The notes: a model not told the origin generated them from the letters alone. Shown: positions 38,301-52,528, counted from the stretch's first letter. The stretch: 64,000 nt of DNA from Lingula anatina (GCA_051362555.1 CM120645.1:6324001-6388000); one strand, 5' to 3'. Translations and numbers: made by a program.

Positions 38301-41300
38301 AGCCTCTTTCTTTGTGCTGCCACCTGGTATCATCATTATATAAATTGAAAATCTTTAAAATTTTGAATTGTGAGAACTATGATTCAGATTGCACATCAAA
38401 TATGGATACATTTTCACACACAAAAAAAAAAAAATAAAAAAAATAAATAAATAATCATACAATGTTTATTTTTGCTGTCACTTGTCAAAATACACCTGTC
38501 ATACCACTATAGTTATCATAATTATATATGGAGCATTTATAACACTGTATTCTAAGCTTTCTTTTTAAGTAGAGAGCCTTTAAATGTAAAAACATTATTG
38601 GGCTCAATAAATTGCTATCATTTAAGTATATAAAATACTTTAGATTTTATGAAAGCTTTCACTTTAATTTTGAGCTGAAAAACCCACCAGCTGACTCAAT
38701 TTCTAGTTCAGCCTTAGATGAAACAAGTCCTATCCTGAAGTCTGATACAGATGGTGGTCTAGATGGCAAATCCCCCATCATTCTGTATTCTACCTCCCAC
38801 AACAACTTCAAATATGCCAAGTCAAGCTTATTGGTGTACAGATTGATGATGTTTGATTCTTCTGCTGCATTCTCATACACATAAGGAAGGCTGTCATTTG
38901 CAGTTAGCATAATCTTTATCATCTTGATGGCAGGATCCTGGATATCTCCACTGACTAAAAGAAATTACACAGTAAAATTGACTGAAATGTAAAATGGAAA
39001 TTCAAATAAAGACACAACGCATCGGTATTCTTAGGTAAAATGAATTTGTTATTTAGGATTTTCAAAACGTGAAAAATTACATATATTTATATATATTCAT
39101 ATAAAAATTGATAAATTGGCATAAGCTTAGAAAGTGGCTTAAAGAAGATTTCATATAGTTTTGGGGTACGCAAGCCAAAAGATGTAAATAAATGGGCACT
39201 AGAAATTTTCTCTGTCTATAAATAAAGAAAAATCTTACTTGTATTACAGTTGTCTCCACTAAATCCAGCTGTGCAGATACAATTTCCAATGTCAGGGACA
39301 CAGAATCCTGGGTAGCAGTTTTGACTGCGACAAAAATCTAAATATTATAAGAAAATAAAAAAAGGGAAATATGTATATTCAAACTCTAATATCACGTTTT
39401 CTTTGGAACAAACAACTTGGCAACATTCCAACAATGCTATCCTGGCAGAACTTCACCCAAAAGGATAACAGTTAATTAAGATTCCAAGCATGAAATAGCT
39501 TTGTTAAAACTAGAGGATCAGAGAGGCGATACCGCCTCCGGATATTGTACCACCAGCTGGAGTAAGCCCATTCGTATGGCCCCCCACCCCCTCCAAAAAG
39601 GGACACCATCACCAGTCTTGTGCTTGACAAGCTCTATAAAATGCAATCAACAAGAGTTCTCAAAATATGCAAAAAAATATAACTAAAAATGGTACAATCA
39701 AGCAGATTTTTGAATTGACTTGCATTTTTCTACCATTGATCACTCCTCTGATTCTCTAGACAAAAGGCCTATTGGTTTTCCTTGAAATGGTGCATATATG
39801 CTGACAAAAGAGAAAACCTAGGGGCAACAACGGGCACATCTCTGCTAGTTTTGAAGATATGAGAGGCAAGAAAATATGCAAAGCTCAGTTCATGGTGAAA
39901 AAGTAGGTCAAAGGTCAATTTCAATATCATAGTATATGAATTTCTATTCAAGTTCAACAGTAACTATGGACCTATCTCTGCCAGTTTTGGAGATAAAAGG
40001 GAACGAAAATTTGCAAAGTTCAGTTCATGGTAAAAAGTAGGTCAAAGGTCAATTTCAAGGTCACTGTTAAATTGCCAGTACATGACTTCCTATTCAAGTT
40101 CAATAGTAACTATGGAACTATCTCTGCCAGTTTTGGAGATAAAAGGGAACGAAAATTTGCCAAGTTCAGTTCATGGTGAAAAGTAGGTCAAAGGTCAATT
40201 TAAAGGTCACAGTAAATTGCCTCTAATGACTTTCTATTCAAATTCAATAGTAACTATGGGCATATCTTTGCCAATTTTGAAGATAAAAGGGTATGAAAAT
40301 TTGCAAAGTTCAGTTCATGGTAAAAAGTAGGTCAAAGGTCAATTTTAAGGTCACACTTAGATTGCTAGTATATGACTTCCTATTCAAGTTCAATAGTAAC
40401 TATGGACCTATCTCTGCCAGTTTTGGAGATAAAAGGGAACGGAAATTTGCAAAGTTCAGTTCATGGTGAAAAGTAGGTCAAAGGTCAATTTAAAGGTCAC
40501 AGTAAATTGCCTCTAATGACTTTCTATTCAAATTCAATAGTAACTATGGGCGTATCTTTGCCAATTTTGAAGATAAAAGGGTATGAAAATTTGCAAAGTT
40601 CAGTTCATGGTAAAAAGTAGGTCAAAGGTCAATTTTAAGGTCACACTTAGATTGCTAGTATATGACTTCCTATTCAAGTTCAATAGTAACTATGGACCTA
40701 TCTCTGCCAGTTTTGGAGATAAAAGGGAACGGAAATTTGCAAAGTTCAGTTCATGGTGAAAAGTAGGTCAAAGGTCAATTTCAAGGTCACTGTTAAATTG
40801 CCAGTATGTGACTGTGATATCTATTCAATTTTAATAGTAACTATGGACCTATCTCTGCCAGTTTTGGAGATATAAGGGACTAAATGTTACAATTTTGGAG
40901 TTACAAAAATGTGCCATAAATTTCGTACAGAAAAATTTAACTAAAATAAAGAAAAGGTCATTTTGGTTGAAATTCTTGAAATGGGAGGTGCTCAGAAGTT
41001 CCAGATGTTCAAATTTCATGAAATAATGTCATTTTAGACCAGAAGTTGTCTGCCTTGCCAAGCCTTATGTTTTATTTTCCCGGGGTTCAAAATTTATTAT
41101 ACATTACCGTACTGCACATTTTGCTTTCACCACCACAATGTAGTTTTTGATACAGCATAACTCGAAAACCCTATGGAATACAAAAAACGGAGACCACTTA
41201 TAGTGTTGGGCTTTACATGCTCTACAAAATTAAAAAAAGAATGGGTCTCTAGCATAAACGGTTCCTGAATTAGAGACAGTTTTCAGTTTCGATATCTTGT

Positions 41301-44300
41301 GGCCGCTACTCCCGTGAAAATGCACCGATTGACCCCAATTTCACAGAGATGAAAAGGGTAACAAAGGGTAACAAAGGGTAACACTTTCCAATAATGTTAT
41401 TGGTTAGGTCTGTGTAGTTTCTGAATATCAGCGCAAATAATTTTTTTATCGTATTTTTTTGAAAATTTTGGCCCGTTTGACCTTGAAATAAAGGTCAAAT
41501 CCAAGGGCATATTTGAAATCTCCACATATGACTTTTGGTCAGCTGTCTGTAGAAATTTTCCCAGTATTCCTTCTGTAGGGTAGATAATTAGCATTTAATT
41601 TTGCCATTTTTGGACAAGGGTGCATTGCAATGAGCGCTACACCTAGACCCCAGCACTGATGAAGCCCAAATTTTACGTGGAACGAGTTGAGATTATAGGT
41701 GACCTAAATCCAAGAGATGGGTACGCAGGCCCTTGTAGTCTAGGAGGAGAAGCAGTAACGGTGACATGGCGGCGGAGCCGGCGGAACATACGAGTCGGGA
41801 CTAAAACCATGTGTACCGCCAGCGCCTACGCTGGTGGTACAATAATTGTTACAGGTACAGGCCCTATATCCTTCAGCATTGTTGATTTGATCAACTTACT
41901 TGGACTGATGGTAGGGAGGTGCTCGTCAACATTGATCTCTGAAATATAATACATTGTTAAAATTATTATACCTTTAAAATCATTGATATTTTTTAAAGGA
42001 TTCATTGCTGCTACCTGTATATGGAAATATTTCTGCATTATATTATTTTCAGTTCTACTGTATTACTTTTGCAAACATCGCAACTAGGATGTACTTTAAT
42101 CACCTTTAGATGCAGTTGCTTCATTTCCAGCTCTGTCCAAAACTTTCAGAAGAACAGCATAAGTTCCTGTATTCACGATGTACACTGGCCATGGATTCCC
42201 ACTTCTCCATTCGTTGGTATGTACAGGTGAACCACTTTGTATGGTACCACGGATGATGGTATAGACGTACTTCTCAATACCAGATGTCACATCTACCCAG
42301 TTAGCCCACTGGATCTCCAGCTGAGGCTGTCATAGAGAAACACTGACTGGTTATCCCTTCAATCTTATTTGTAATTGGACTTGCATATATATTCATATTG
42401 AAATTTTCAACCAATGAAACAAGTTTTTCACCAAAGTTTAATGAAATGCATCTGGAAAAGGTGAATGTCAAGAAAAAAGGTATGCATGAATTGCCTTATT
42501 TCATCAGATTATCATAAAGATCCAAAACATATTTAATAGTAAATATGATAAATTATATTACCTGGGTTCCATTTTTTGCCACATAAGTCATTAAGGCAGA
42601 GTCTTTTTCAGCACATTTTCCCAGGTCACGACAAATATGCTTTGGTTCCTCAAAGTCAAAAATATAGGTGAAATTTCTGGTTGCTTCTCGTCCTGTGATC
42701 ACATGGTTTGTAACTGAGCTAGTATCTGTATTTAATACTATCTTGTAGCCTCCATTCCTGCTTGATATGCCCACTTTCAACCTAGGACAATAAAAAATTC
42801 TTATCATTTGGTAATCGGGAAGTGACATGAGAAATAAAAAAAATGGTGCAAAGAACATGGCCTGAGTAATAAACCCACCACCCGAGTTAATCAAGAATAT
42901 GCATATAGTCAAGTCACAATGTCACAACAAACTTCTCTAACACACTCTACTTCACAAGAAAACACAATCACATGCAATTTTATTCATACAAGGCCTTTTT
43001 TAAATAGTGTGGTACACTTTCCCATGGCATTTCAGCAATTTTATGCCTCAATTTTATGCTTTTCTTTATCTATGCAAATTTATACAACTCACCCTTACCT
43101 TAATAAAAATCTTAATGTTTGTTGTGCTGTTTTTTATAATCTTTACATTTCTGAATGCTATCACTAGGTATTCACTATGCAAACTAGTTTTTCACACTAT
43201 AAATCAGTAAACAACATTATTATGACATTAAAACCTGTAAGGATCACCTGTCTTCATGTTTTATGGTATGTCTGGGAAAACTGTATTCCACTCTGCAACT
43301 GGAGATGCCCTGGTTAGGATTACTTGCGCTATCACCATTTCCACAAGGAAGAGTATGAGAAAAAAGGTACCTCCCATCTGAAAAATGAGCAGACTTTACC
43401 ATTTGGCACATCATCTTTGACTATGACATGATATTCTTGTCTTTGCCAAACATCCATAAAAATATGAAAAAAAAACACTGTACTTACATAACACATTTTA
43501 GAATGAATTTTGACCTTTAAAATTTAAATACTAGTGTTAATTAATAAATTACAATAAGCTAAGATATAACTTAATTTTCTTGATTTTTGTTCTTAATAAG
43601 GCTCTTACTAATCACTCTATGAAATTAGAGGTTATAAAATGAATAAGGAAGTCTACTCATGTAATTTTACTTGCTTCCAATAAATGACATTAATTCTATA
43701 AAATGAATACTTGAAAGATGTCAAATAAACCAAGTTATTTAATAACAACTGGACCAGCTCTATGTTGACAGTCTATTTCGTTTTGTAATAGTGTCGTTAT
43801 ACATGTACTCCTGACATGAATTACAAACAGCTTAGACATCATGCAAGTTTATTGATCTATGTTCTTACTATGGCTTAATTTACTTCTACTATATCAAAAG
43901 AAATTAAAAGAACAAGGACATCCATTCCCAGTAGTGGTTTTGTTGAACAGGACAGACAGGTGTGGCACCTGACCATTAAGTTTATTTAATATATCAAAAT
44001 AAAATCAGCAACACTTGTATATATCTTTATTAAAGCCCAACTATTGATGGTAATTCTTTGACCTTTTCAATGAGCAAAAATGATCAAACTTTCAGATACA
44101 CAGGGGCTTAACCACACCTTAAAATATTTTACGCACATATATTTAAAATTCCCAGCAAAATGTATACTAATGAAGGACAGCGTAATTACAGCATATGTAC
44201 CACACATCGCAGCTTAATTTCCATTAATAATAAAATCATCATTTAGTCAGAAATATTCTCGCAATTAAAAAAGTTTCAATATTCTTATTACCCAGAACAG

Positions 44301-46404
44301 TATATTTATTTAAAAGGAGGTTAGCTTCGCATATGTGGACCCCTCTCGAAAAATCCTGGATCCACCTCTGAGTTGAACATACGGTTTCATTCACCTTACA
44401 TATGGATGCATGGCTCCCAAAAACAACCAATTGTATGATACAACAGAGCTCTGATACATCTAAGTTTAATTATTTGTTTGTAAAAATTGCCCATGTCACC
44501 CTGTTAGTTTGGAGGGGTAAGCTGGGTCAAGTCTGTGTCAAAATTCTTTGAAGCTTTGCAGGAAAAATTCTTCCTTTGTTTCTCTAGCTCCTTCTTTAAC
44601 CTGGTGTCCAGATTTTATCTAGTGCCCCCAGGGTTGCGGGAGCTGCTCTTTGAAAATAACACTCAGGCGGATTTTTACCTGAGATAAATATCGCCAGTGA
44701 GAATGCGTTCGACATTGTCAAGATAGAGGGTACAGAAGAGTTGAGGGCCACTGAACCCTCCAATATTAAGAGGTAAAGGAAGTTCCAGTTGGATGGATGA
44801 TTAAGATAGGACTTGTTAAGGTTACAGGCATTGTTTACCTCAGTTTGCAAGACGGAGGGGGGGGGGGGGGAGGGGGGGGTCAGAACAATTGTGCCTATAC
44901 AATTGATACAGAGGATTTGTACATACAGGTGACTTTAATAAGCAGAGGATTTTCTTTTATATTCCGTGAAAAATACACTAAATTTATTTAAAATAATATC
45001 AAGGTTGGCCAAAAAATTGTATGCACAGTGCATCCGTGCACACCCATGATACATAATTTTATATTTAAAAAATTATACATTTACATAGCTTTTGTGGTGC
45101 TTTTAAATAATAGAATAGAACCCAAGAGTTATAGCCTGCTTTTCATTTTGGTTGCTTCCACTCCATAGGAATGTTCTAATTAAAAAAAATTATGACTTAA
45201 AAAAAAGTAACTTTAATATTCACAACTTTCCTCCATTGAAAAGAATAAGAAATAATGGTAGTTATAAATTATATCCAAACCGCCAGATAACATTGACTCA
45301 CATACATGAACCTTAAAGCAAACTTTCCTCCTCATTGCCATGTTGTCATTCTTTGATAAACTTATAGAAAAGCTTTTAAAGACAACCATTTGAAAATTGC
45401 TTTTATTTCAACATTTATCCACTGAAAAAGTGATGCACACTTAATGTATATAGCATGCAGAATAAGTTTTAAATCAATTAAATGCATTCTTTTGAATCTA
45501 TGATAACCATGTCATAGAAAAAAAACTTGCTTTTGTGATATTCACAATCTGCTTACCTTGACTATGCCACCTCAGGTGAGCATTTCCGCTCACAATTCCA
45601 AGCAGTATACTCCTAATATAAGAAGGACGAGGTGGTGCAGTGGTCAAATTGTATCTACTTGTCCACTCTACTTTCAAGTGGTTCCAATCCTGTCTCTTCA
45701 CATAAACTGTTGTGTTATATGGCCAGCTGGCCACTGCCTCTAAATGATCTCGGCTTCCTGTCCGGTCACTCAAAGTTGCATTACAGGATGTAATGTTTGG
45801 GCTCTGTGAATCACTGATAACTAATAACACAAATATACAAATGAAATGCAATTGCAAATAGTGTGAACCATTTTTAAAAAATTATTATTTTCCAGTCAAA
45901 ACACTAACCACCAATGACTGGAAAATATACAATTAAAATTATTTATTCTTTTCTTTTTAAAATACCCCAATCTCGTGATTCAAAATGTGATAAATTGCTA
46001 GCATTGCAACCAATATACCAATACATTTAAATTTTGTGATTATTGATAGGATGTTTTATGTTTTATGTGTCAAAAAGAGTGTCAAAAAATTCTGGAATGG
46101 GTGGATCACTCTTTTTTAGGATTATGTTTGGCAAGGACTTTCTTTAAAAATTTCCCCATTGGCTTAAGATTATGGATTATGGTTAAAAAAAAAGAACATG
46201 CTGGAAAATCAAATAATAAAATACTTACTACTTCCACAGTGTGCTCCTCCAAATCCAGGCGCACACCTACAGTTTGTACCAGAACTGCAAGTACCGGGGT
46301 AACACGGAAAATTCCAGGAACACTGACCTACATAAATGATTATGTTTGTTATCATCATCACAATTTGAGGGGTACTTATTTGAATGATGTCATCAAATGG
46401 CTAA

Positions 46405-46440
<36 letters not shown>

Positions 46441-48613
46441 AAATGTTTTCCCATAAAGTGAAAAAGTTTTTCCTTCCAAAAGACACAAGTAAAGTAATTA
46501 ATCCTACTATCTATTTCTTCTCAAATTTTATCTGAATTGCTTCTGCATAATAGTCAGAGAAATCTATATGAAGGGTTAATATAAAGTACACATACTTAAC
46601 TGACAGTAGGAACCATAATGTGTAGCTGGGCAGTGACAAGTGTTTGGTCTTATACATGTTCCACCATTCAGACAACTGAAACTGCAAATAGCTGAAATGG
46701 AAAAAAAAACAAAATATTATTTGCAACTTTGTTTCTTAGCTGAATAACAAAATGAAAAACAATACAGCAAGTGTAAACTATAGATCGATGGCGTTGATGT
46801 GTTAAGCCATTAAATATCCCTGCACTTCTCCATACTGTAAAAAGTAACTCAACCTCAGAGACCACATCCCCTAGAAATGTATGGATACCTTGGGCCTATA
46901 AATAGTCTTTATAATAACAGCAAAAAAAAATATCAAATTGAAACAAAAAAGAATCATCCACCCTCAGGGACAACTTACATGCATGTAAAATTTGAAGGGA
47001 CCATGCACATTTCAGGTCCATCAATCAATCGAGTTTTAATTTCCTCTTTCCCGTGGTCTAGGAGAAGACATCAGAAATTATAATATAAAAAGAATTCAAA
47101 ACCACATGCCCAAGGACGGGGGCATCTCAATAGTCCGAAGGTTCATTGGTCCGAAGGTTCATTGGTCCGAAAAGTGGTAACATTTTCATCAATTTTTTAA
47201 TCAAGGGTTCATTGGTCTGAAGGTTTTATAGTGAACATTCGGACCAATGAACCTTCGGACTATTGAACCTTCGGACTATCGCTACGGCCCCCCAAGGACA
47301 TCTCAACACCTAGTCAAACAATAATTACAAAGAACCCCTGCACATCCCTGAAAATGTATCTACCAAACTGCAAAGTTTGAACTTCCTCACTGCTCAGCTC
47401 TAGGAGGATTATCAGAAATAACTAGGTTGATTCTATATCATAAGAGACCCCTACATAAAATAATAAAATAAAATAAAATAAAAATTGGGCAAAACATTGC
47501 TGGGCTTGCTTGGTAAAGATAAGGGCGTCAGGACACCCTGAGGGATCTAAATACTCCCTTGTAGATCTTGGAATCCTCCTGGGCTCTATAACCAGAAGAT
47601 CCTGCAATTTCAGCCAACAAAAGAGCCAGAAGAACCTAGGAGTCCACGCAAAGAAGATCCAGAAGAAACAGATATTCCAGTCAAAGAAGACCCGGAAGAT
47701 ATTGCCATTGGAAGATGTAAATTTTAGTGTGGGGTTTTAATTGTTAAGTTAATTGCAAATTCTAATGAAAAAACAGACACTTTATCAAAAGAGATCCTGA
47801 CACAAAAAGCATAATGTTAAACATTTACAATTTACTTACGGTCTACACAGGCTCCATTTATACTATTCCAACCTCTACAGCAATGGCTACGGCGGTATGT
47901 GTATGAGACAGTAGAGTACCTAGATCTTCTACATCTACCCAAAAGAATTCACAGGAAAAAATACATTATCTTTTACATGCATGAATATCACTGTAATTTT
48001 TATCGAAAGCAGTGAAATTAAGATAAGATAGGAAATCTAATAAAAAACATGGCAAAATTATGAAGTCTTAAAAGTTGTTTGAAAACTTATCTCACTCTTA
48101 AATCCTGAGAGTATGCATGTATACTTGAATTTCTGATGTCTGAACTTTAGAAAATTCACCAACCTATACAAATTCCAAAATCCGCACTTCACTGTATAAT
48201 ATGAAATTTGCCGTTTTTGAGCCGATTCCGAGGAGTAGCAGACATTACCACTAAAATTGAGCATGAAGTATGGTATATATATATATAATATGGCATCTAT
48301 TTCAGTGGTAAAACATTAAACTTTTTATAAGATTGATATCACTTCTCCCAAAATTTAACATTAAGAAAATAAAAAACATTTCAATTTTTTATCTGAGGTT
48401 CAGAACATATCCTCAGAGAACCTGTTCATCTTGAGTGAAAACTTGAACATGCAGCAAAGGCCAACATAAACATTGAAAAATAAAGTTTTTTATCCAAAGG
48501 TATATCAGAATGACTTACCTGTATCCCAAAGATGTTGAAGCAAAATTGGCAAAAATATTAACTGTTACAATTACTCGCAAGGAACAGAACATGATAGTGT
48601 GAAAAGTCATCAT
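32866..48613 (-). CDS. Gene B: complete EMI/EGF-domain receptor tyrosine pseudokinase, 24 exons, 1154 aa
   Basis: Exons 5' to 3': 48519-48613, 48164-48250, 47840-47934, 46596-46691, 46229-46327, 45557-45820, 43248-43377, 42562-42781, 42104-42326, 41900-41938, 39239-39337, 38688-38954, 38206-38323, 37800-38004, 37093-37345, 36686-36772, 36094-36245, 35173-35374, 34800-34919, 34221-34381, 33720-33824, 33456-33573, 33173-33269, 32866-32998. Total 3465 nt, phase-compatible, ending DDSGMYYGL-stop. TK-family motifs [21 protein letters not shown] and KRPSF are present. Exon 1 is the least certain. Confidence 0.9.
36094..36245 (-). CDS. Gene B transmembrane exon
   Basis: [21 protein letters not shown] then RRRR. 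Confidence 0.9.
39509..41846 (+). mobile_element. Full-length Helentron/HINE-like element with 7 satellite-like units
   Basis: ACTAGAGGATCAGAGAGGCGATACCGCCTCC start; GTTCATGG-anchored units at 39888, 40023, 40169, 40313, 40459, 40603, 40749; 3' hairpin then AATAAT. Confidence 0.8.
46229..46691 (-). CDS. Gene B EGF-like exons 4-5
   Basis: [28 protein letters not shown] and [29 protein letters not shown]; six-Cys EGF pattern, phase 1-1 exons. Confidence 0.9.
47118..47291. mobile_element. MITE with 15-bp subterminal tandem repeats and 8-bp TSD
   Basis: GTCCGAAGGTTCATT repeats mirrored at the ends; CCAAGGAC on both flanks. Confidence 0.8.
47840..48250 (-). CDS. Gene B EMI-domain exons 2-3
   Basis: GNVC...[19 protein letters not shown]...HCCRGW...GACVDP matches the EMI pattern NVC...C...C...CCxGW...C. 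Confidence 0.85.
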
Positions 48614-48747
48614 ATACTTTGATACAATTTTCTGGATCACAGGAGACCCCTTAAATACTCTCCATTTTAACCCAAGCTACTCCCAAATTTTAGGTAAACA
48701 CATGCAGACCAATCAACATCAAGCAGGAAATATTTTAGTTCCAATAA

Positions 48748-49428
48748 GGCCACACTCTTATTTTTATGGATGACATCCGATTTTCGTCCGTTCTCAGGAA
48801 GTAAAATGAAGTTGTTGCAAATGTCATTCTTGAATTTGCTGGAAAATGCGCTTTCTGTGCTTCGCCGACAAATTCATCTCTAGGATTACTTTTAAATAAT
48901 ACAACAATTAAAGTCACAAAGAGAACAGGGCTGTTGTTTTGGATTGGTATGCCATTGATCATGGGCATGAAGATAGCACCTTTTTACAATTATACGAAAG
49001 TCTGGTGGCGGCCAGCGAGCACCTACCAGTTTATTTATTTATTAATTTATTTATTCATTTATTTATTTATTATTATTTTTTAAAAAAAGTTTCAACAAGG
49101 ACGTTGAGGCATTTGTTGGGCTGAAGCTTAGGTCGGACAGACCAATAGTTTGGCTGCTTCGTGCTGCTTCGTGTGAGTCGAAGTACATGTAGTCAAAATG
49201 GCATCGGCTGAAATAACCTTTAATAGATTTGGTATTAATATCTTTAATATTCTGAGAGCATGGATAAAGACATATTGTTAGTTTGATACATGTTTCTGTG
49301 GTAAATTTGTATTTCTAGCTGTGTACTGACAGCATTCCTTTAATTAAACAGATTTTTTTTTTTCGCCCTCTTGCACAGATTTCGGGGTCCCCAGAGGATG
49401 TCATCCATAAAAATAAAAAAGTATGGCC
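48748..49428. mobile_element. Zator-like non-autonomous TIR element
   Basis: TAA|GGCCACACT..TATTTTTATGGATGACATCC ... GGATGTCATCCATAAAAATA..GTATGGCC|TAA. Confidence 0.7.
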
Positions 49429-51499
49429 TAAAAGTAGTAAGATGAGAACGAAAAATTAAAGAAAAAAACAAACTTTCTTTAGTCTGTTATTTAAATATAT
49501 GTTTTTCATGAAATTTTATTTCAATAAAATACATGTATAACCAAGTTAACCATCATATGCGCAAAAATCCTCCATGCAGGCACATGAAATTTCACCTGGC
49601 TATGTATCTTTGAATACTAAGATACACACCCCTTAGGTGTGCTGCTGGCGAATTGTTTAGTAAATATACTCCACCAAAATGATATTTTCACAAATTGTGC
49701 AAATAGAGTTTGATGAAATTTGCTGCATGAGCAGGTCTTGACAATAAACAGTAAAAATCTTTATTTTAGACATACAGCATGTAGGCTACAGTTAAAGTCT
49801 AAACATCAGTATCACGTGTACATGAAGAATTAATCCACTGTTCATTATCAAGACTTGCTCAAACTTTGTAACTCCATTCGCATGACTTGTGGAAATAAAA
49901 TTTTACCCCACATTCATTAATGTTGCTGTATTTTTCACAGAATTCCTTTCCCGGCTAAATTAAAAAAAAAAGTTAGTAAAATATTACCCTTAGGTTCTTT
50001 TATAATTGTTCAAAATAATGATGTTTCCTAACTTTTTACAAGAGTAAACAGAAAGCATGCCACCCCTAGCTTTGCAGCTACCAGCTTCTTCCCCTTCTCA
50101 CTTGGAATAAATGGAGCAAAACATGCCAAAAAAGCAAATTTCCATGCCTATAACCTAAACAGTTTGGTATTGAAATGAATAATAAAGCATAATGCAAGCC
50201 ATTTTCCATGTCTTTGCCTTATAAACTATGGTAAAAAACTACTGTTTAAGAGTTGAACAGTGAAGCATGGCAAAGGGTAACCCTCTTCCCCAGCAAAATT
50301 CTTGATTTGCCAGAGCATATATATTATTTATCAAAATTCACCCTGTATACATAACTGAAATATCCAAATAAATCAAATCTCCAACCAGGAAGAATAATAC
50401 AGGAATCAAGGAGGTGATTGTTAAAAGTCTTCCTCACTGAATTGCCATAAAAAAGTGCCATCTAAGTAGGCATTAAATTTTGTAAATGACTTATGCATTG
50501 GACATTTCCTCACTAAGGACAGGTTAAAATGTTTTCTGATCTCTCAGATATTTTTGGAAAGGCTCTTTCAGCCTGTATCATTCTCAGCTCAACTGCTGAA
50601 AGGCTCTTGAAGAAAGATATGTATCCAATCTAATCTGTTCACAACTTTCAGGCTGAAATTGAAGCCCTAAAATGTAAGATCTTTATGTTTTTATTGCCCC
50701 AAATCACTTTCATGTCAAGTCAGCATCACGTCATGAAATGTGAAGAAAAATATGAATACTAATCCACTTGATTTCTATTACCCTTGAGGCCTCAAAATGT
50801 TAAAGTACTCTCAAAAAGTTCCTATGGCCAATATATTTTAATTGGATGTTGCCATGTATTTATAAGAAAAAAAATCTTTGGTGGAGCTTGCATAGACTCA
50901 ATTTCAAGACCAATGGCAACAATCAGGAAGTGAAATGAAAAAAAAATTGCGCTTCAGCAAATATTTACATTTTTATGACTACAACTACAAAGATTGTAAT
51001 TTGTACATAATAAAAATTATAGTGAAGCTCACATGTTGGCAAATGCCATCCTAGATGAACACTTACAGTAATTACTCGATGCTTTTCAATGGGGGGAAAT
51101 TGTGAATTTTACAGAAACCTTTTTTATAGGTAATTTCTTAAAATCCTGGATGAACACTTACGGTAATTACTCGAGCTTTTCAATGGGGGGAAATTGTGAA
51201 TTTTACAGAAACCTTTTTTATAGGTAGTTTCAAAAAATCAGAAAATTTTAGTTGATTGGTAGCAACTAAATTGAATAGCAGGTTACTCTACTATCCTTTG
51301 TAGTGAAAGCACCACAAATGCACTATTAAAATATAGTTTTCTGATTATAAAATCACATGACTGAAAGTTTGACCATTTTTGTCCATTGAAAAGATTGCTG
51401 TATGTCATTGCCGTATGTCAGGCTGCTCTCTTGCAGGTTGATAAGTGCATGCATGTATGTTTTGTGTGCAAATAAGTACTCCATGCAGTAGCAGATTAA

Positions 51500-51885
51500 G
51501 GCTTCATTCACATGGAAAGTCTATTTTCTAAAATTTATTTTCTATTCCCGGTATCTTATGATCACGGTCTGTGCCCTGAATATCCCGCGGTGTAATTACT
51601 GGCAGCGCGAGCCAGTTACTTATACAAAGCTGTAATTAATTCTCGACTGTGCTCGCATTCTATAAAATCTCATCCTCTGTTGCCGCATCGCTTGCCATCG
51701 GATCATGATCACTTCCTTCTGCGCATGCCGAGCACAGCCGAGAATTAATTACAGCTTTGGAAGTAACTGGCTCGCGCAGCCAGTAATTTCGCCACAGGAT
51801 ATTCAGAGCATAGACCGTGATCACAAGATATACCGCAAATAGAAAACAGATTTTTAGAAAATAGACTTTCCATGTGAATGAAGCC
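51500..51885. mobile_element. Harbinger-like foldback MITE
   Basis: GGCTTCATTCACATGGAAAGTCTATTTTCTAAAA TIR, imperfect arms to about 140 bp, TAA/TTA flanks. Confidence 0.8.
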
Positions 51886-52453
51886 TTAGAGGGGGGTCCC
51901 TGAAAAATTCAGTTTCTGAAAAATATATCACACCAATATTCCCCTCTTAAAATTAGAATTTTGATTAGCTAAACCATAGTTCTAAGCTATATCAAAGGGA
52001 ACTGTTTGCGCTGGTTGTTACAGGTCCCCCTTTCAAATAATTTTGGATATGCTCCTGCTGTTTATCTCTACCAAGCTGATGAATACCTTTGCTTTTTGTA
52101 TCTCTTTACAAAAATAACTGTTCGACCTGTGGATGTGACAATGTGTTTTTGTATTAATGTAATTTCAGTCACTGGCTGAAAAGCACGAGGTAGTTGTGGT
52201 AGTAAAAATAAAACAATTGAAAAAATTAAACAAACAAACAAATTGCTGAAGCACTTTACTGCAAACAGGTAAATGGTCTTAATTGTAATAATTTCAAATT
52301 TTATCTATGAGATATAATTACTGTAATGAGTTCATCAAAATGTGAATAATAGATTACAGATTATTATATATTTGTATAATCAAAACATTTGACACAAGAT
52401 GCTAGGTACCATCAATTAACTTATCAAAATTGTGTCTAACAAAGCTTTAAAAC

Positions 52454-52456
<3 letters not shown>

Positions 52457-52526
<70 letters not shown>
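52457..52526. repeat. (TA)n microsatellite downstream of gene C
   Basis: Longer than the paralogous run at about 32236-32255. Confidence 0.9.

Positions 52527-52528
<2 letters not shown>

Noticed and set aside
39888-40880. Regularly spaced repeats resembling a CRISPR array
   Set aside because: Whole units repeat with no unique spacers, the context is eukaryotic, and there are no cas genes.
44596-44850. Possible extra coding exon in gene B intron 6
   Set aside because: It has stops, the gene A homologue is disrupted, and the flanking exons join in frame without it.
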